DNA of 58,624 bases, counting the filler, from Basidiobolus ranarum (lineage: Eukaryota), in the NCBI GenBank assembly GCA_040143965.1. It is 7 parts of 7 records of this genome, joined end to end, with 100 filler letters (N's around TTAATTAATTAA, not from the genome) between each part and the next. Parts side by side here need not be neighbours in the genome. Positions count along the whole stretch, not along the records: positions 1 to 8,314 come from JASJQH010000985.1; positions 8,415 to 16,723 come from JASJQH010000986.1; 5 more parts are not named here. The stretch is one strand, 5' to 3'. Position numbers and translations under genes: made by a program. Position 1 is the first letter of the stretch, and the number at the start of each line of letters is the position of its first letter. Below, piece by piece: positions 1 to 13,647 of the stretch. The notes below the pieces were generated by a model. The model was given only the letters and a program-made list of their open reading frames with translations, did no database searches and was not told the origin of the DNA.

Positions 1-1417
1 TCGTGTAGCTACGTTCGGGAATCCACCAACTATATTCATATTGGATTGTCGATTTCTTAGCAATTCAGAAAATGTAGATACTTCGAGGCCATCTTGACGG
101 TCAGGAGAGAATATTGGCATTCCATGAAGCCTAGTGGTAAATGTAGTACACACTATAAGCGTAGCAAGGAATATAGTGGGTATCATGAGACTAAATCAAA
201 ATCAAGAGACAGTAAGGCGATTGAAGTTGAAGCTTGATATATACCACGATATACTGAAAAATCTATGTCACTTTGGTACTTTGGGAGAGAACAATATGGT
301 ATAGCTTACTTCACGAAGTGCTACTTATATAGTATTTCACAGCCTATGAGAAGTCATCATATTTTATATTTGCAGGCTTGTAAAGATATAATTGAATCAT
401 ACAATGCATATTCTCCGTTGATTATTCGGTTTGTAGACAAAAAGAAAAATCGTCCTTAAAGGCAGACTACATTATCCTTACATTGGAATGCTTAAAGCAG
501 TTAGGTGGCTTATATGTACATAAATGTACCTCGAGAACTCCACTATTCTTTACAACAAACCAAGTCTATCCTTTAGCGAGTATAGATAGCTCTACTGCCA
601 ATCAACTTCACTGGCTAATTTCTGATCCTTACCTACTCCCCCAAGTCACACCATATATCCCTATTACGCTAAGCAGAAGCTACATTTATGCGTAGGACCT
701 CCCAACTCGAGTTTGCCCATCCATTCAGTTCCATTGGATAGATTTAGTAAAGTAATCTAAATTGAGTGTAAATAACATTTTTGGAGATATCAGGGAGAAC
801 ATTAAATATTATATAGTCCATGTTGTATACATATTGTAGCATCTTTTGCAGAGAAATCAAACTCAATACGTAACAACCGCTGAGATATATGTACAAATCC
901 GTACAGCATAAATTGAATCGTATGCATGCCTACCTCAGGGTTAACCATAAATTGGTGAAGAGCAACACGCACTGTTTTGCCTGAGCGAACGATTATATGA
1001 ACCTAGCGATTTACGTGGGGACGAGTTGAGTTTTTTGTCATCGTTCATTTTGCAAGCCACCAAATATCTAACTTAATATATGAGTGTGGTCAAGGTTCTT
1101 CGCAGGTGCTAGAGCATTCTTCAACTTTGAAAGTTCGAACTTGATTGTATTTATTTAATAAGTTCATTAACTCATTCAACATTCATTCTTTTTTTTACAG
1201 AAAGTCGGGGTGAATAAGGCGTAAATTGACGATGGCTAAAGAAAAATACACTTGATAATCAATGTGAAGGAAACTCTATTTCATATGCAATAACAATCTA
1301 AAATAGGAAAGTACATATATATTTGCAAGACAAAATTGAACATGAAGACATTAGAGAAATTTCGGTAGTGACATAGGATATGAAGGTAGCTGAAAGGCAA
1401 ACATAGCCACCAAATGT

Positions 1418-4400
1418 TTATAATATTTTTTCAAACACCCAACGAGCACCTACTCGTTTTTGCTGAGCCTTTTGCGGGGGAAGTTTCCAATATTTAGGTC
1501 CAAATGAAGGAATTACGAAACATTCCTGTGTATCCTTCAAAGTACTGATAACCCTAGAAATTCAAAAAATAGTTTAGTACATCGACTTTAGACATGAGTA
1601 AATCTTAGAAAGAGCATTACTTCTTTCCTGCGCCATGTGTGTCGAGAGGTTTTGAGAAGCTACAAAGGTTCTTGCCTATTGAAGTCAACCATTTTGGTCT
1701 TATCACAGTAATACCTGTTAAATCAATTTGTTAATAAACCCGTCGTCGAGAATATGAAATCGGACATGAAAATACCTTTCAACCAGATTTTACTGGTTCT
1801 TTGTAGCTCTTGGTAAACAATCATATCGGGTGGTTTGCTATGATACAATACAGACGATGGATGAATGAAAACATCCTCTTCACTCCACATGGTAACGTAT
1901 GGAACACCACGTGTGGACGAGAACCCAGATTTTTCGTTAGTTACCAAATCTTTACGAATGGCCACTTGATCGATAAAACCAGCTAGGATAACCTGTCTGA
2001 TAACCCTTAATTGGTCTGGGGTTGGTGGCTTCATTCTTGGATCCATTACTACATCGATACCAGGACAGTTGATTTGAACCAAATGGGTTAGTTGGGCTCG
2101 CAGTTTACGAATCTCTTGCATCGCCTTGACGCGGACGTAATTGCTATCACAGAACTTTTCAGTTGCTCCTGCAAAATCATATGCACCTACAACGTTCAAA
2201 CATTTGAGCAAGTCGCTTGATGGATCCAAGCCAGCATGTTTCATGTGAGCCTCGTGGAATCTCTTGCGAGCCATCTTTCTGCGAGTTTTCTCGGCAATTT
2301 CTTCGCTGGTGATGTTTCGTAATTCATTTTTCCCTTCTTCATCGCTATCTTCTTCGAGATCCTCTGCATTATCAAGATGGAAGTCCTTCACAAATGGATC
2401 ACCAACCGAAAGTGCGGATACGACCGAGATAATGTATGGCAGACAGCCGTGTTGTTGACCAACAATAAGCATCTTGGCGAATCTAGGATGTACAGGGAAT
2501 ACGGACATCATTTTACCAAGGTCTGTGATACGACCGCTATCCTTTTCAAGTGCGCCTAATTGTGTCAAGAGTTTCTCAGCCTTTTGCAATGATGTGCGGT
2601 CAGGGGGAGTTGGGAATGGGAATTTCATTACATTGTCCAAATTCATACTCTTCATTTGCAATACTACTCCTTCAATGGGCATTCTGTTGATTTCTGGTAA
2701 AGTGAATTGCTTGAACTGGTCATTAAAGACTGCAGATGAATACAATCTATAGCAATGACCAGGCCCTGTTCTACCAGCTCTACCAGCTCTTTGGTCAGCG
2801 GAAGCTTTTGAGGTCCAGGAAATATCGAACGATTGGACGCCAGTTTCAATATCAAATTGACGTTCTTTTACTTTACCACAATCGATTACATATTTAACCC
2901 CAGGGATTGTCAACGATGTTTCAGCAACATTGGTGGCAATAACACAAAGTCTAGACCCAGGTGGTGGTGGCTCAAACACGCGTAATTGCTGTTGTGTAGA
3001 GAGGAGAGAGTACAATGGAAGAATGTGCAAAGGAGCAGTTTCTTCGGCCTCTTCTTCATCTGAAAACCCAGCTTCAGACTCATCACCATCACTCTCAAGA
3101 TCTGTATCAATATCACCAGCATTATCGTCAATATCGTTCACGTCAATCTCTTCAGCTTCAAAATCTTGATCACGCTTGTGCTCTTCATTCTTAATTTCAT
3201 CTTCCAAAAGATTGACTTGAGAATTGCCTGCAGGCATAGGGAACTTCTTGCGGAGCTTTTTGCACAATATCGAGATTTCGTTTTGACCAGTCATAAAAAT
3301 CAGAATTCCGCCAGGAGGCAAACGTTTGTGAATTCTGGATACCTTCTTATATGCTTCGCTGACATAATCCAATGGTGTCTTCTTGTTGAAATGCATCTGC
3401 ACTGGATACTGTCTAGCATTCACATTAACAACAGGAGGTGGAATGCTAAACAAAGTCTGATTCTCAGTGAAGTCTGAAACTCTCAAAGTGGCTGACATCA
3501 CGATAACCTTAAGAGGCTTGACTTTAGAATCTTTCTCTTTGCTCATGTCTTCTCTAAGTTTAAGAACACGACTGACGACACCAATCAAAATATCGGTGTT
3601 TAAGCTTCTTTCGTGAGCTTCATCAATGATAATGGCGGAATATTTGGTGAGCAAGAAGTCTTGGGCTAGTTCACGTAACAAGACACCATCAGTCATAAAC
3701 TTGATTGCAGTCTTTGCGGAAACAGTGGCATCATATCGGATTTGATGAGAAACCTCTTGATCTGAGAGATTTAATTCTTGAGCTACACGTTTTGCCATAC
3801 TTACTGCTGCTACCCTTCTAGGCTGGGTCACACCAATGATTCCTGGGTGCTCACTATCAGGACTACCATACCCAGCTTCATATAAGAACTGAGGTAATTG
3901 AGTAGTTTTACCGGAACCAGTCTCACCACAAATTACTATGACGGAATTATCCGAGATTGCTTCCATGATGACTTGCTCTTCACTGCAAACAGGAAGTTGT
4001 AATCTGGCAGTTTGGATGTCTGGGTTACGGTTGACAATACGATAGTAAGCAGGACGAGCAGGAACAACTTCTTTAGGTTTATCATCAACTTGAATGGTTT
4101 CAGTTTTTTCAACCTTTGGCTTCGGGGTGTGACTTTCAAGCAAATTTGGAGCCAACTGTAGGTCTTCTTGTTCATCAAGTAAAGTGGAAGTTTTGGATCG
4201 CTCGGTATGCTCGTCTGACTTGGAGCCTTCGGATTTGATTTCCTCAACATCAGAGTCGAACTCCGAGTTGGAACTATCAAAAGAATCCTCAGCCTCTTCA
4301 TTCTTCTTTTTGAGTAGATCACGAACTGAACCAAACTTCTTGGTCTTATTCTTCTTTTTCTTCTTCTTGATAGGAACCGCAATTTCACCATCCGCACTAC

Positions 4401-5326
4401 GTTTCAACGCTCCACCAAATACAGTTGGCTTGTCGTCTTGCTTTTTAGCTTGATCTTCTTGTTTTTTCTCGACCTTTTCAACATCCGACATATCATCATC
4501 CTCCTCGTCCTCCTCTTCATCATATGAGTTCATTTCAGCGGAAACATAAAGACGAGAGTTGGGATTAGAGAAAGGTAGACCAGCCTTTTCTTCCTTAATA
4601 GCTTGACGCAAACGCTGTTTAGTTGTGTCTTTCTAAAATGGTTTGAACATAAAAAACATCAACAAGATAATCGATAAAAATGAATTTTCCAGATATTCAC
4701 TTACTCCTTGACCGATTGTTTTACTTGATCTCATCAGATCTGAGGACCATGTGGTAGTGCTAGTGGTATATAAGTTAAAGAAAATAAACACAAAGATTGA
4801 TTGATACACTCTAGCTTAGAAGTTCAATTTAAAAAGGATACGAGAGTTTCTCGAACAATTTGACTCTCTCTTCTTTCTTCAATTTTTTGGTCTATCAGAG
4901 ATAACAAAAAGTTAGAGAATTCGGATATTAACCAATTAAGTATATACTCTCCAATTGTTGGAGAGAGGGATTAAAAAATGCATACGATATAAGCTTCTAA
5001 GCGTTTTTTCTTCTTGCTAGACATTGGGGCCTCTTCAACCTGAATTTGTTGAATAAATTTGTTGAGTTGGTGTCTTATAGTTGTTGAAGTTCGAAGAAAA
5101 AGAAAATACCTTTACTGCAGGTTTCTCTTTTTTTTGGTTTGGGTCGATAATAAGCGCATTAGAATTCTCACTGAGGAAATGAAATATACAACAAAAGAGG
5201 AGTATTGTTATTAGTGCTGTTTATTTCGAGTAAACAGTGGTATACATAAATTACTTACTCTTGGTGGGCTACATCCTTGCCACCAGATCTGGCTTTCTCG
5301 TTATATCTCACGCGTCTTTTACCCAT
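1418..5326 (-). CDS. DHR1: DEAH-box RNA helicase Dhr1/Ecm16 (DHX37), ribosome biogenesis; multi-exon
   Basis: ORF 1723-4611 has GETGSGKT, TQPRRVAA, DEAH, SAT and QRAGRAGR motifs. Small upstream exons start at ATG 5326 (MGKRRVRYNEKARSGG, a DHX37-type N-terminus) with GT-AG introns (donors at 5258, 5109, 4985). Two 3' exons end ...GARWVFEKIL-TAA at 1418. Confidence 0.92.
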
Positions 5327-7017
5327 CTTTCCACAAAGTTTCGACGTTCAAAGAAATGGACCTAAAACGGAATCGAACAATTCACTTTAGCCATATGAAA
5401 TCAGGGTCATTTTTTTTTCTATCCATGCAACATCTTTTTTTTTTAATATATTCTTAACGAAGTTTAATCCGAACGTTGACCCATTAATTTTTTTTCTTTT
5501 TCTTTGCAATTTCTGAAGGTCAGATCTTTCGATTTTAGTAGTCCCAAATTCAAATTATGGATCAACTATCCAACCCATATATCGATATTCAAAATCGACA
5601 ATATCCCTGAACATCCTCTATTGGCTCGAGGAAGTCGAAATACCAAACCACTTGCGTTGAGGACAGCAAGCCCTGATTGCAGTTGAGGCACGTTACGTAT
5701 GTTTAGTGAGAATAGATGAACGCATTTCGTTGGTTTCATTGCTCAAATGAAGCGTTTCTTTCCATGGAGCTATCACCCCAATTGCGTGTATAGGGTAAGA
5801 ACTGACCAATTTTGTTGAGTTAATTTGCTAAATCAAGTCACCAGTTGGTTTTGTTTTGTGCTACTGACAAGAAATCGGGCATTTATGGTTTGGCTGCGGA
5901 ATCAAGTATTGTTGGCACACTCAATAGAAATATTTAAAAAATGAATTGTGTTGTCCTATTCGTTCAATCATTTCGGGATAATACATAGTTACTAGCAACA
6001 AGTGGTTAGGTAACTAGAAGCACGCAGGTTAGCACCTAGTATTATCTAGGAAATGTAGCTCTGCTGCAAATGTTCTCATATTCACCCGGGTCCAGCCTCA
6101 ATTTATCTTTAAGAACCGGATCAGTGTTACAGTATAAAAGGCTGTCGCTCAGAAGCTGGATCGATTTTGGAGATTTATTGATTATTAGAAGAAACAAGTG
6201 TTTGCCTTAGGATGTTCAAATTATCGGATTTATTCGTAACGGAAATTGAGAAGGCTCTGGGTAGTGGTTAGTTAAATAGTCTACTTCACTAACTTGATCA
6301 AAATAGGATATTGTTTTGGTAGCCGCTCTAGCATTTCGTCAGAGTTAAATTGACGATATGGTTAGATGACTTCATGAATCGAGCATTTAGATCAAATTAC
6401 TCTGAATTTCTCAGCAAGGTGCTTTTTCCTGCACATCAGCGCTTGTATTACCATTAAGGAATGTAACGAAACATATGGATGATGATCTGCCTAAAGTTCA
6501 AGAGGACCTCATCTCCTATTCTAATGTTAAGTCCCGCGTATAGAGGAAGGGATGTTATTGATTATAGGGGCTCATCAAGCTCATGTAGCATATGATATAT
6601 CAGCTCGAGTGTCTCATCCCTTATTCTCTATAAATTACTGGGACTTGAAAGTTGGAAGTAATGCCGTCTAATACTCCTATTAAAACTGCCATTGTTTATT
6701 GATGGTGATCATATGTCAAATGAAATGTGCGGAACTATACAGTTGATTCTCCAAATGGTGAGGGTTTCTAGCATTGTTATATAGTGCATCTTTGTTGTAG
6801 AAACAACCAGAGTACTAAGAATTGTCAAATATAGACAATATATCGGTCTGTGTACCAAATAGCGTCGCAATCTATATCACCTCGGATCAAATAGAATGTC
6901 AACACATCTGAGTCGTAACTCAAAGTCAGGGCGAGAGGCTCAGCGGCGTAATCCTAAGGGGCACCATTGACATTAAGCTATGATACCCATCAGGGGAGAA
7001 AGAGGGGTTCAGAATTG

Positions 7018-7024
7018 TATAAAA
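7018..7024 (+). promoter_or_regulatory. Putative TATA box of the small secreted protein gene
   Basis: TATAAAA about 100 nt upstream of ATG 7126. Confidence 0.4.
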
Positions 7025-7125
7025 TCAGGAATTGGCCCATCTCCTGATTCTTTAACACAATCGCTTGCGTTCACAAATATTATACCTTGCTCAACCTAAA
7101 AATTCTTGTTAATAACCATCCTAAC

Positions 7126-7386
7126 ATGCATCCCAAGTCTCTGCTCTCAGTAACTCTGCTAGCAATTATAGCTAGTCAATCAGTTCAAGCTAATGTGTTT
7201 GAAAAAATTTACGAGATGTTGTCACTTAAGGCCCCTGCTGTACCAGATACACCATCGCCTGGAGCTCCTCCAGGTGCTGATGTAGGAAAAGCACCTGAGC
7301 CCCCCAAAGCGCCAGAACCTCCCACAACACCTGATACTCCTAAAGCACCAGCCGGACAACAGGCCGAGGCCGACAGACCTCTTTAA
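7126..7386 (+). CDS. Small secreted Pro-rich protein (86 aa)
   Basis: ATG 7126; signal-peptide-like N-terminus MHPKSLLSVTLLAIIASQSVQA; repeated KAPEPP/PDTP motifs. Confidence 0.65.
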   Translation: MHPKSLLSVTLLAIIASQSVQANVFEKIYEMLSLKAPAVPDTPSPGAPPGADVGKAPEPPKAPEPPTTPDTPKAPAGQQAEADRPL

Positions 7387-8264
7387 TGGGTACCAAGATA
7401 ATTTGAGTAAAGGCAAATGATGGTACTAGCTGACAATTTAATTGACCTGCTGAAATATAACTAAATCACAGTAAATACTCCTTTTACACCGTCTATCAAT
7501 AATACTTTTACTACTTTTAAGTTTCCTTCTACGGTATCTTCCATTGTACACATTGAATTTTTCTCCCTCTATATTTGTAACTCGGATAATCCGGTATTTG
7601 ACTTCACCTAGGTTGTCGTCCGGAATCGTGAACAAATAGAAACGAAAGAAAAGGTCAATTTGTCATTGGAATACTCTTATGACATTTTACCACTTTGAAG
7701 CGCCTTAAACTTTCGTAATAAATGTTTTATAGGATATGCAAGATCTTGTACTCGTTCTCTAATATTTTATGGAGCCAGAGCGTTGTACGCTATATTTCTT
7801 CTTTGGCAGCGTTCTACTAGTATTGAAATTGCTACAACGGCACAAAATAGTTGTTGTTATTTATGTATTAAATAATTTACAAAGTGCAAAATCCCAGCTA
7901 TGTTCTACATAGTGTTGAGGTTGCAATGTATAACATTCAATGCTATTGCTTATACATGTCAGTATGAAAATTTTGGGATTCAAAAACCGCATCACTATTA
8001 AGTTGTGAGTATTTGTGGGAAATTCAGTACATTTATATATGTATGTTTTTGGTCTATTTTTCTTCCATTGCACCAAAAGATTGTTGAAAGTCTGGTGACT
8101 TGTGGTACAAGCAGTAATTCCCAAAGAGGAAAATATGGAGTATGGTGACTGCATCTGAACACAAAGTCAAAGGCCAATCAGTTTCTTGTATAGCTGAAAT
8201 GCTAAAGTACCATACATTGACAGACTAGGTTAAGGTTCCCTAGCAATATAGGCATAGCATACAA

Positions 8265-8314
8265 GGACTGGTAGCTCAGTGGTTAGAGCACCTTGCTAGA
8301 GTGAAGGAGGTCCC
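8265..8314 (+). tRNA. Truncated tRNA-like sequence (tRNA pseudogene or tRNA-derived SINE head), cut by contig end
   Basis: GGACTGG-TA-GCTCAGTGGTTAGAGC-A-CCTTG-CTAGAGT-GAAGG-AGGTC-CC: perfect Pol III A-box and D-arm, imperfect anticodon stem, short variable loop; T-arm missing. Confidence 0.6.
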
Positions 8315-8414
8315 NNNNNNNNNNNNNNNNNNNNNNNNNNNNNNNNNNNNNNNNNNNNTTAATTAATTAANNNNNNNNNNNNNNNNNNNNNNNNNNNNNN
8401 NNNNNNNNNNNNNN
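8315..8414. other. Artificial contig spacer (also 16724-16823, 25128-25227, 33516-33615, 41890-41989, 50259-50358)
   Basis: Identical 44N+TTAATTAATTAA+44N blocks; contig lengths decrease monotonically. Confidence 0.97.
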
Positions 8415-11171
8415 AAGATCAAAAGTACTTTAAGAAGAAAAGTATCATATTCTGTGATTACTATAATAAGAACAGGCAATTTATGCAAATATTGCTTTAA
8501 AAGAATTGCAAAAGAAGGAAACATACCAAATCTGGATATATGGTTACAACAGAAGATTGCTTATGATATCTGCTCTAGCTATGACTACCATCAAGGATTA
8601 TCAGACATGATATATTGCTGCTGGAGCTTCTCAACATTTCACAAATGTAAAATGTTGGTTTGTGGATTATAAACAAATTCCAAATAAAATGTTTTCATGG
8701 GAGATGATGGTATATTGAATGCCATTCAAATGGGAGAAATTCAGGTCAATTCAACTGGAGCTTCTGAGAGAAAGTGTATACTTCCAAAGATATATTTCAT
8801 GTTTTAGATAGTATGCAGAATTTAATATCTGTATGCAAGGCCACCTCAGAAGGGCTAAAAATCAATTATGATAAGTCAGGATATATCATCACTGATTGAA
8901 ATGGGAATTATTAAGCTTTGGGAGAAAAGGATTGGAGCTGATACAAACTTACATATAATCCAGGAGGTTTATGTGTAAGTACAAGTTACTCTAATCAAGA
9001 AGCTATTCAATTATGGCAATAGTGATTTGGCCATATTGAATTTGATTATTTGAGCAATATGATCAAAAATTGCCTAATTTCTGGAATTCAAGTTAACCCC
9101 CCGACCAAAATGGATATTTGTCAGGGCTTAATATATGGAAAACAAGTCAGGTAGCCATTCAAGAGTTCTGGTTTAATCAAATCTGTAAAAAATTGGGATC
9201 TAATTCATTCAGATTGGCATGGACATATGGAAAATTTATCTTTAGGTGGAAAAAGCTAATTAATCACATTTATTGATGATTACACAGGATATACTTGGGT
9301 CTACTTTACAGAAAGAAAAGAAGTTCTCTCTATCTTTGGAGATTTTAAAACACTTGTGGAGACTCAAACTGGAACTAAAATTCAGAAAATATGTACTGAT
9401 AATGGTGAAGAATATACTTCAACACTATTTAATCACTTTTGCAAAGTTCATGGAATTAGGCAAGAAGCTACTGCTCCCTATTTACCTCAACAGAATGGAG
9501 TTGCTGAAAGAGCTAACTGGGCTATAATCAAATGGCAAGATCTATGATAAATGCACAAAATTTAGATCATAACTTTTGGGCAGAATCTGTTGCTACAGCT
9601 GTATATCTAAGAATAGGAGTTTTACTAGAAGTCTATCTAACTCTACACCATATCAAGGTTTGTTTGGAGTTAAACCTGATGTAAAACATTTGAGGATCTT
9701 TGGATGCATTGCCTATGTCAAAATTGTGACTAAAAATTGGTGTAGATATGATCCAAAAAGTAGGAAATGTATACTTCTGGGTTATTGTACTCAAACTAAG
9801 GCTTACAGACTCTCTGATACCAAAATTTCAAAGCTAATCATGTCCAGCAATGTTTTGTTTAATGAAAATGAAAACCTTCACCCAAAATGACCTCAGATGA
9901 TGACAAAAATCAATTTTGTCCTGGTCCAATCATTTAAATTTATTCACACAATAACAATGAAGAAAATAGCATCCCTATGATCCTTTCAACTGATATTCTG
10001 CCTATTGAAATGCCTAATATAATGCCAACAGTTTTACTACCTTTGTCCCAATCCAGGAGAGCAAATTGGATCAGAAATAGCCCTGATTATTATATCAATG
10101 AGTCCCAATGTTGGGCCTATGCCTGAATAGCTCAAATACATGCATTGCAGACTGTAAACAAGGCCCTGAATGGCCCTCACACAAAATTTTGAAGATCTGC
10201 AATGGCTGCTGAGTACCAGGCATTGACTAATAGGCTAACTTGGATGGCAATACTGAAAGGTACAAGGTTAGACTAGTAGCCAAAAGCTATTCCTAAACAC
10301 CATGAATAGATTATGTACAAACTTTTGCTCCTGTAGCAAAGTCTCATTCAATTAAATTGATTGTAGCAATTTCAGCTAAACATCAGTTTATTATACATCA
10401 AATGGACATTAGAGCTGCTTTTTGGAATGGTGAGCTTGCTAGGGAGATCTATATGGACCAGCCAGATGGATTTGCAGACCCTGAAAACCCTGAAAAGCTT
10501 GCAGAGTCCAAAAAATATGCTATGGCTTAAAACAATCTCTGAGAGCTTGGAATTATAGGATTGATCCTTTTTTGGAAACACTCAAATTCTGAAAGAGTAA
10601 TGCTGACTAAAATATCTACTTCAGGCAAGATAAGACCAACTTAGCTTTATCAGCCTTATATGTTAATGACCTCATTGTAGCAATCAATGACTTAGAAACT
10701 TTGTAGAAAACCAAATCCCACTTATCTGCTGAATTCAAAATGATTGATCTTAGTGAATTGATGTATTATCTTGAAATTTAAATTATAATAGATAGAACAA
10801 CTAAACCATAGCTTTAAACCAGTCTAAGTATATCCTAGATATACTAACACTTATATAGTCTTATATAGCTTAGTACATAGTTATCTCATATTTCACTAAG
10901 ATACTGCCCATTATTCTCAATTGGATTTTATTTAGAATATTGACACCAACTCAGAAGTCCTCAGATATATAGATTTTTCACACCTGTGCTAGAAGCCCCA
11001 AACTTTGCACAAATGCTACTGGGACCTTCCTTAACACATTCTACATGTTATTTTGCTTACATCTCTACAAAACTACAAATGTCAACTTTTTATTCAATAA
11101 ATCAATAAGTGAGAACCACCAATTCCTCTAATTCTCTAAACCACTTCCAACAGGCTTCCAAATACTTTAAC
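8415..11171 (+). mobile_element. Degenerate Ty1/copia retrotransposon (family B) with truncated 3' LTR (~10852-11171)
   Basis: Integrase ICTDNGEEY...PQQNGVAERAN, HLRIFGCIAY, RT remnants, many stops and frameshifts; LTR similar to 54181-54518. Confidence 0.9.
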
Positions 11172-11910
11172 TATTTCAACACTACTAAGCACATTTAGCA
11201 TAATTTTACTTTTGATGTATTGAAGTTTGTGGAGTAGCTTTTGGCTAAACTTCATTTTGTGTTGATAATTGTTTTTTACATAAGGACGTTAATAGCACCT
11301 CATGTATATCAATCCCCTACCCCAACTTATCTGGTCACCCTAACACCTATCTCTCTGGCTCAATCCAAGGTTTTAAAAAAATCAGCATACTTGACAGCTC
11401 TTTGCACTATCTAATTTGATACTTTTCTTGCAGAAATTGACTAGTACACAGGAGAAATACTAGTTGCAGCATCTCAAGCTTGTCAAAACCCTTGTTGGAA
11501 TACTGCCCCTATATACAATAGTGTGACGATAACCAGCCACTGGATTAAACTGTAGGATTACAATTTAATACGAATACTGATCTGCATGCTTACCACAAGA
11601 AATGTGCAGTATGTTACAGAACTTTGTTTCATATCAATAGTGATTCCCAGTATGCATATCAGCATAAATCAAGAAGCATAGAATTTTGCATTATTTTTCA
11701 CCATCTGATTGTGGCCCCATTAGCACACAGCCATACTCATTGGTTTTATGGCTTTATGCAAAACAACCGTACGCATTGATATTATATCTTTGTACATAAA
11801 TTAATCTGATCTTAAGATAACAAGAAGCAATTCGCTCAAAGTGACTTAAAAGAAGAGCGACAGTAATCTTTATAAGACTTCATCAAAGTACGTTACTCTC
11901 AACAATTAGC

Positions 11911-13260
11911 ATGAAGTTTCCTTCTACTGACCCTATCACGCGTCAATCATCGATTCTTATTAAGCCAGTTACTCCATCCAAGAACACGGTCGTCGCACTG
12001 TCACCGTTAGACAATATTATTCCTGTCTACGCGTTTAATTTCCAATTTATATATAAAAACGAGAAGAACGATGCAAATTTTATGCACCCAGATGCGATGA
12101 AGGCTTCACTAGCCAAACTCTTGGTGGATTTTCCAACTATGGCAGGAAGAGCTCTAATGGTAGACAAAAAATGGTATATCCACAGTAACGATGCTGGAGT
12201 AAGACTGGACATTGGTCGTGCTAGCATGAAATTGGAAGATCTTGCTATTGGTGACTACGATCAGTTACCACATGGGCTTCGCGTGCAATGGACTTGCCCT
12301 GAGGATCCTGTATGGCAAGTATATATTACCTATTTTATTTGCGGCGGAGTGATGATAGTATCTGAGATGTTTCATCAAGTTGGTGATGGTGAAACCAACG
12401 CAGTTCTGATGCACAAATGGGCGAAACTTCATTCCAACCAGCCCTACGCTCCCCCTGTGTTTGATCCCTCTCTGATCCGGGCCTCAGGTGACTCACCACC
12501 GACTTCGATACGACTATGGGAGAAAGGCATAGACGCAAGGAGTTTCAGGGAGCTAGATAAAAATTTATCACTTAGTACTGCTAAGCTCATCAAATTTTCA
12601 GCTCAAGAGCTTCAAGCTATGAAGAGGGATGCCCAGGGTTTTAATAATAACAACATTTCCTGGATTAGCATCAATGATGCCTTAAGTGCTCATATGTGGC
12701 GGCTCATTACCAAAGCAAGAGACCTACCAGCCAACACAATGACATCTTTGGTACAAGTACATAATGCTCGAAAGAAGATTCAACCAGCCTTAACTTCCGA
12801 TTACGTTGGGAATGTATTGATGTACTGTCAAACAGATCCGGTAGCTGCCAATGAATTGGTTACATCGCATTTGGCTCCACTCGCTGCTTTCTCCCGTCAC
12901 TCTGTTAATCGTATTACTCCGGCCTTCACACAGAAGTTCGTTGACTGGATCAGTTCGACATCAGATGTTAAACCAGTCAACATTGAGATTACTTACGGTC
13001 CCGACGTATTAGTCTCGTCTTGGAGGTCGTTTGATCTTTACACAGTTTCATTTGAGAATGGGGAGAAGCCATACTTTGCAGGGGAAAATCCTAACTTATT
13101 TGACGGTATGCTTAAGCTGGTAGAAGGAAAAGAAATGGGCAGTATATATGTTCACCTTAGCCTGCCGCGAATACATATGGAAAAGCTGCTTACCGACCCA
13201 GAGTTGCACAAATATGCAACTATAGACTTGGCAGATGATGGAGCAAATGGCTTGCCATAG
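11911..13260 (+). CDS. BAHD/Transferase-family acyl-CoA-dependent acyltransferase (Tri101-like fold), intronless
   Basis: 449-aa ORF; LSPLD and FPTMAGR N-terminal motifs; catalytic HxxxDG (HQVGDG); SINDALSAHMW; YVGN; degenerate DFGWG (SFENG). Confidence 0.85.
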   Translation: MKFPSTDPITRQSSILIKPVTPSKNTVVALSPLDNIIPVYAFNFQFIYKNEKNDANFMHPDAMKASLAKLLVDFPTMAGRALMVDKKWYIHSNDAGVRLDIGRASMKLEDLAIGDYDQLPHGLRVQWTCPEDPVWQVYITYFICGGVMIVSEMFHQVGDGETNAVLMHKWAKLHSNQPYAPPVFDPSLIRASGDSPPTSIRLWEKGIDARSFRELDKNLSLSTAKLIKFSAQELQAMKRDAQGFNNNNISWISINDALSAHMWRLITKARDLPANTMTSLVQVHNARKKIQPALTSDYVGNVLMYCQTDPVAANELVTSHLAPLAAFSRHSVNRITPAFTQKFVDWISSTSDVKPVNIEITYGPDVLVSSWRSFDLYTVSFENGEKPYFAGENPNLFDGMLKLVEGKEMGSIYVHLSLPRIHMEKLLTDPELHKYATIDLADDGANGLP

Positions 13261-13647
13261 AATGACATACAATTAGAGAAAATTGCGTTACTATCCAAAA
13301 GCTCAACAATCAAGTAACCAGTCATGGTGCGAGAGATTCAGGAGTATGTTAAATATAGAAACCCAAATCATCACCTTGAATAGTCATGATATGGATGCAA
13401 CCTGTATTGATAGCATGTTACGTTTCAAAAATGCCACCTAGGAATAGAAAGGGAATTCGGGTATTACAATCTGCTGGTCCTAACTAACTGAATAAATGGG
13501 CTACCTTAAATTGTTTACTGCTTAGAGCTAAATATCTAGAACAAAAGTATATTTCAAATACTCCGCCATGATTGCGGTATTATTAAAGAGAAAAAAGGTA
13601 TTTTTTATTTTAGAAATTACCTGAATTGATAACGATCAAGGCACTCT

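Noticed and set aside
265-695. Two short ORFs at the window start
   Set aside because: No recognisable motifs; consistent with chance ORFs in intergenic DNA.
2264-4453. Short ORFs overlapping DHR1 (likewise those over PL6, F-box and TE genes)
   Set aside because: Antisense or alternate-frame shadows of real coding regions with no independent support.
8359-8370. Palindromic TTAATTAATTAA recurring every ~8.4 kb
   Set aside because: Always centred in N runs; it is an all-frame stop linker added when contigs were joined.
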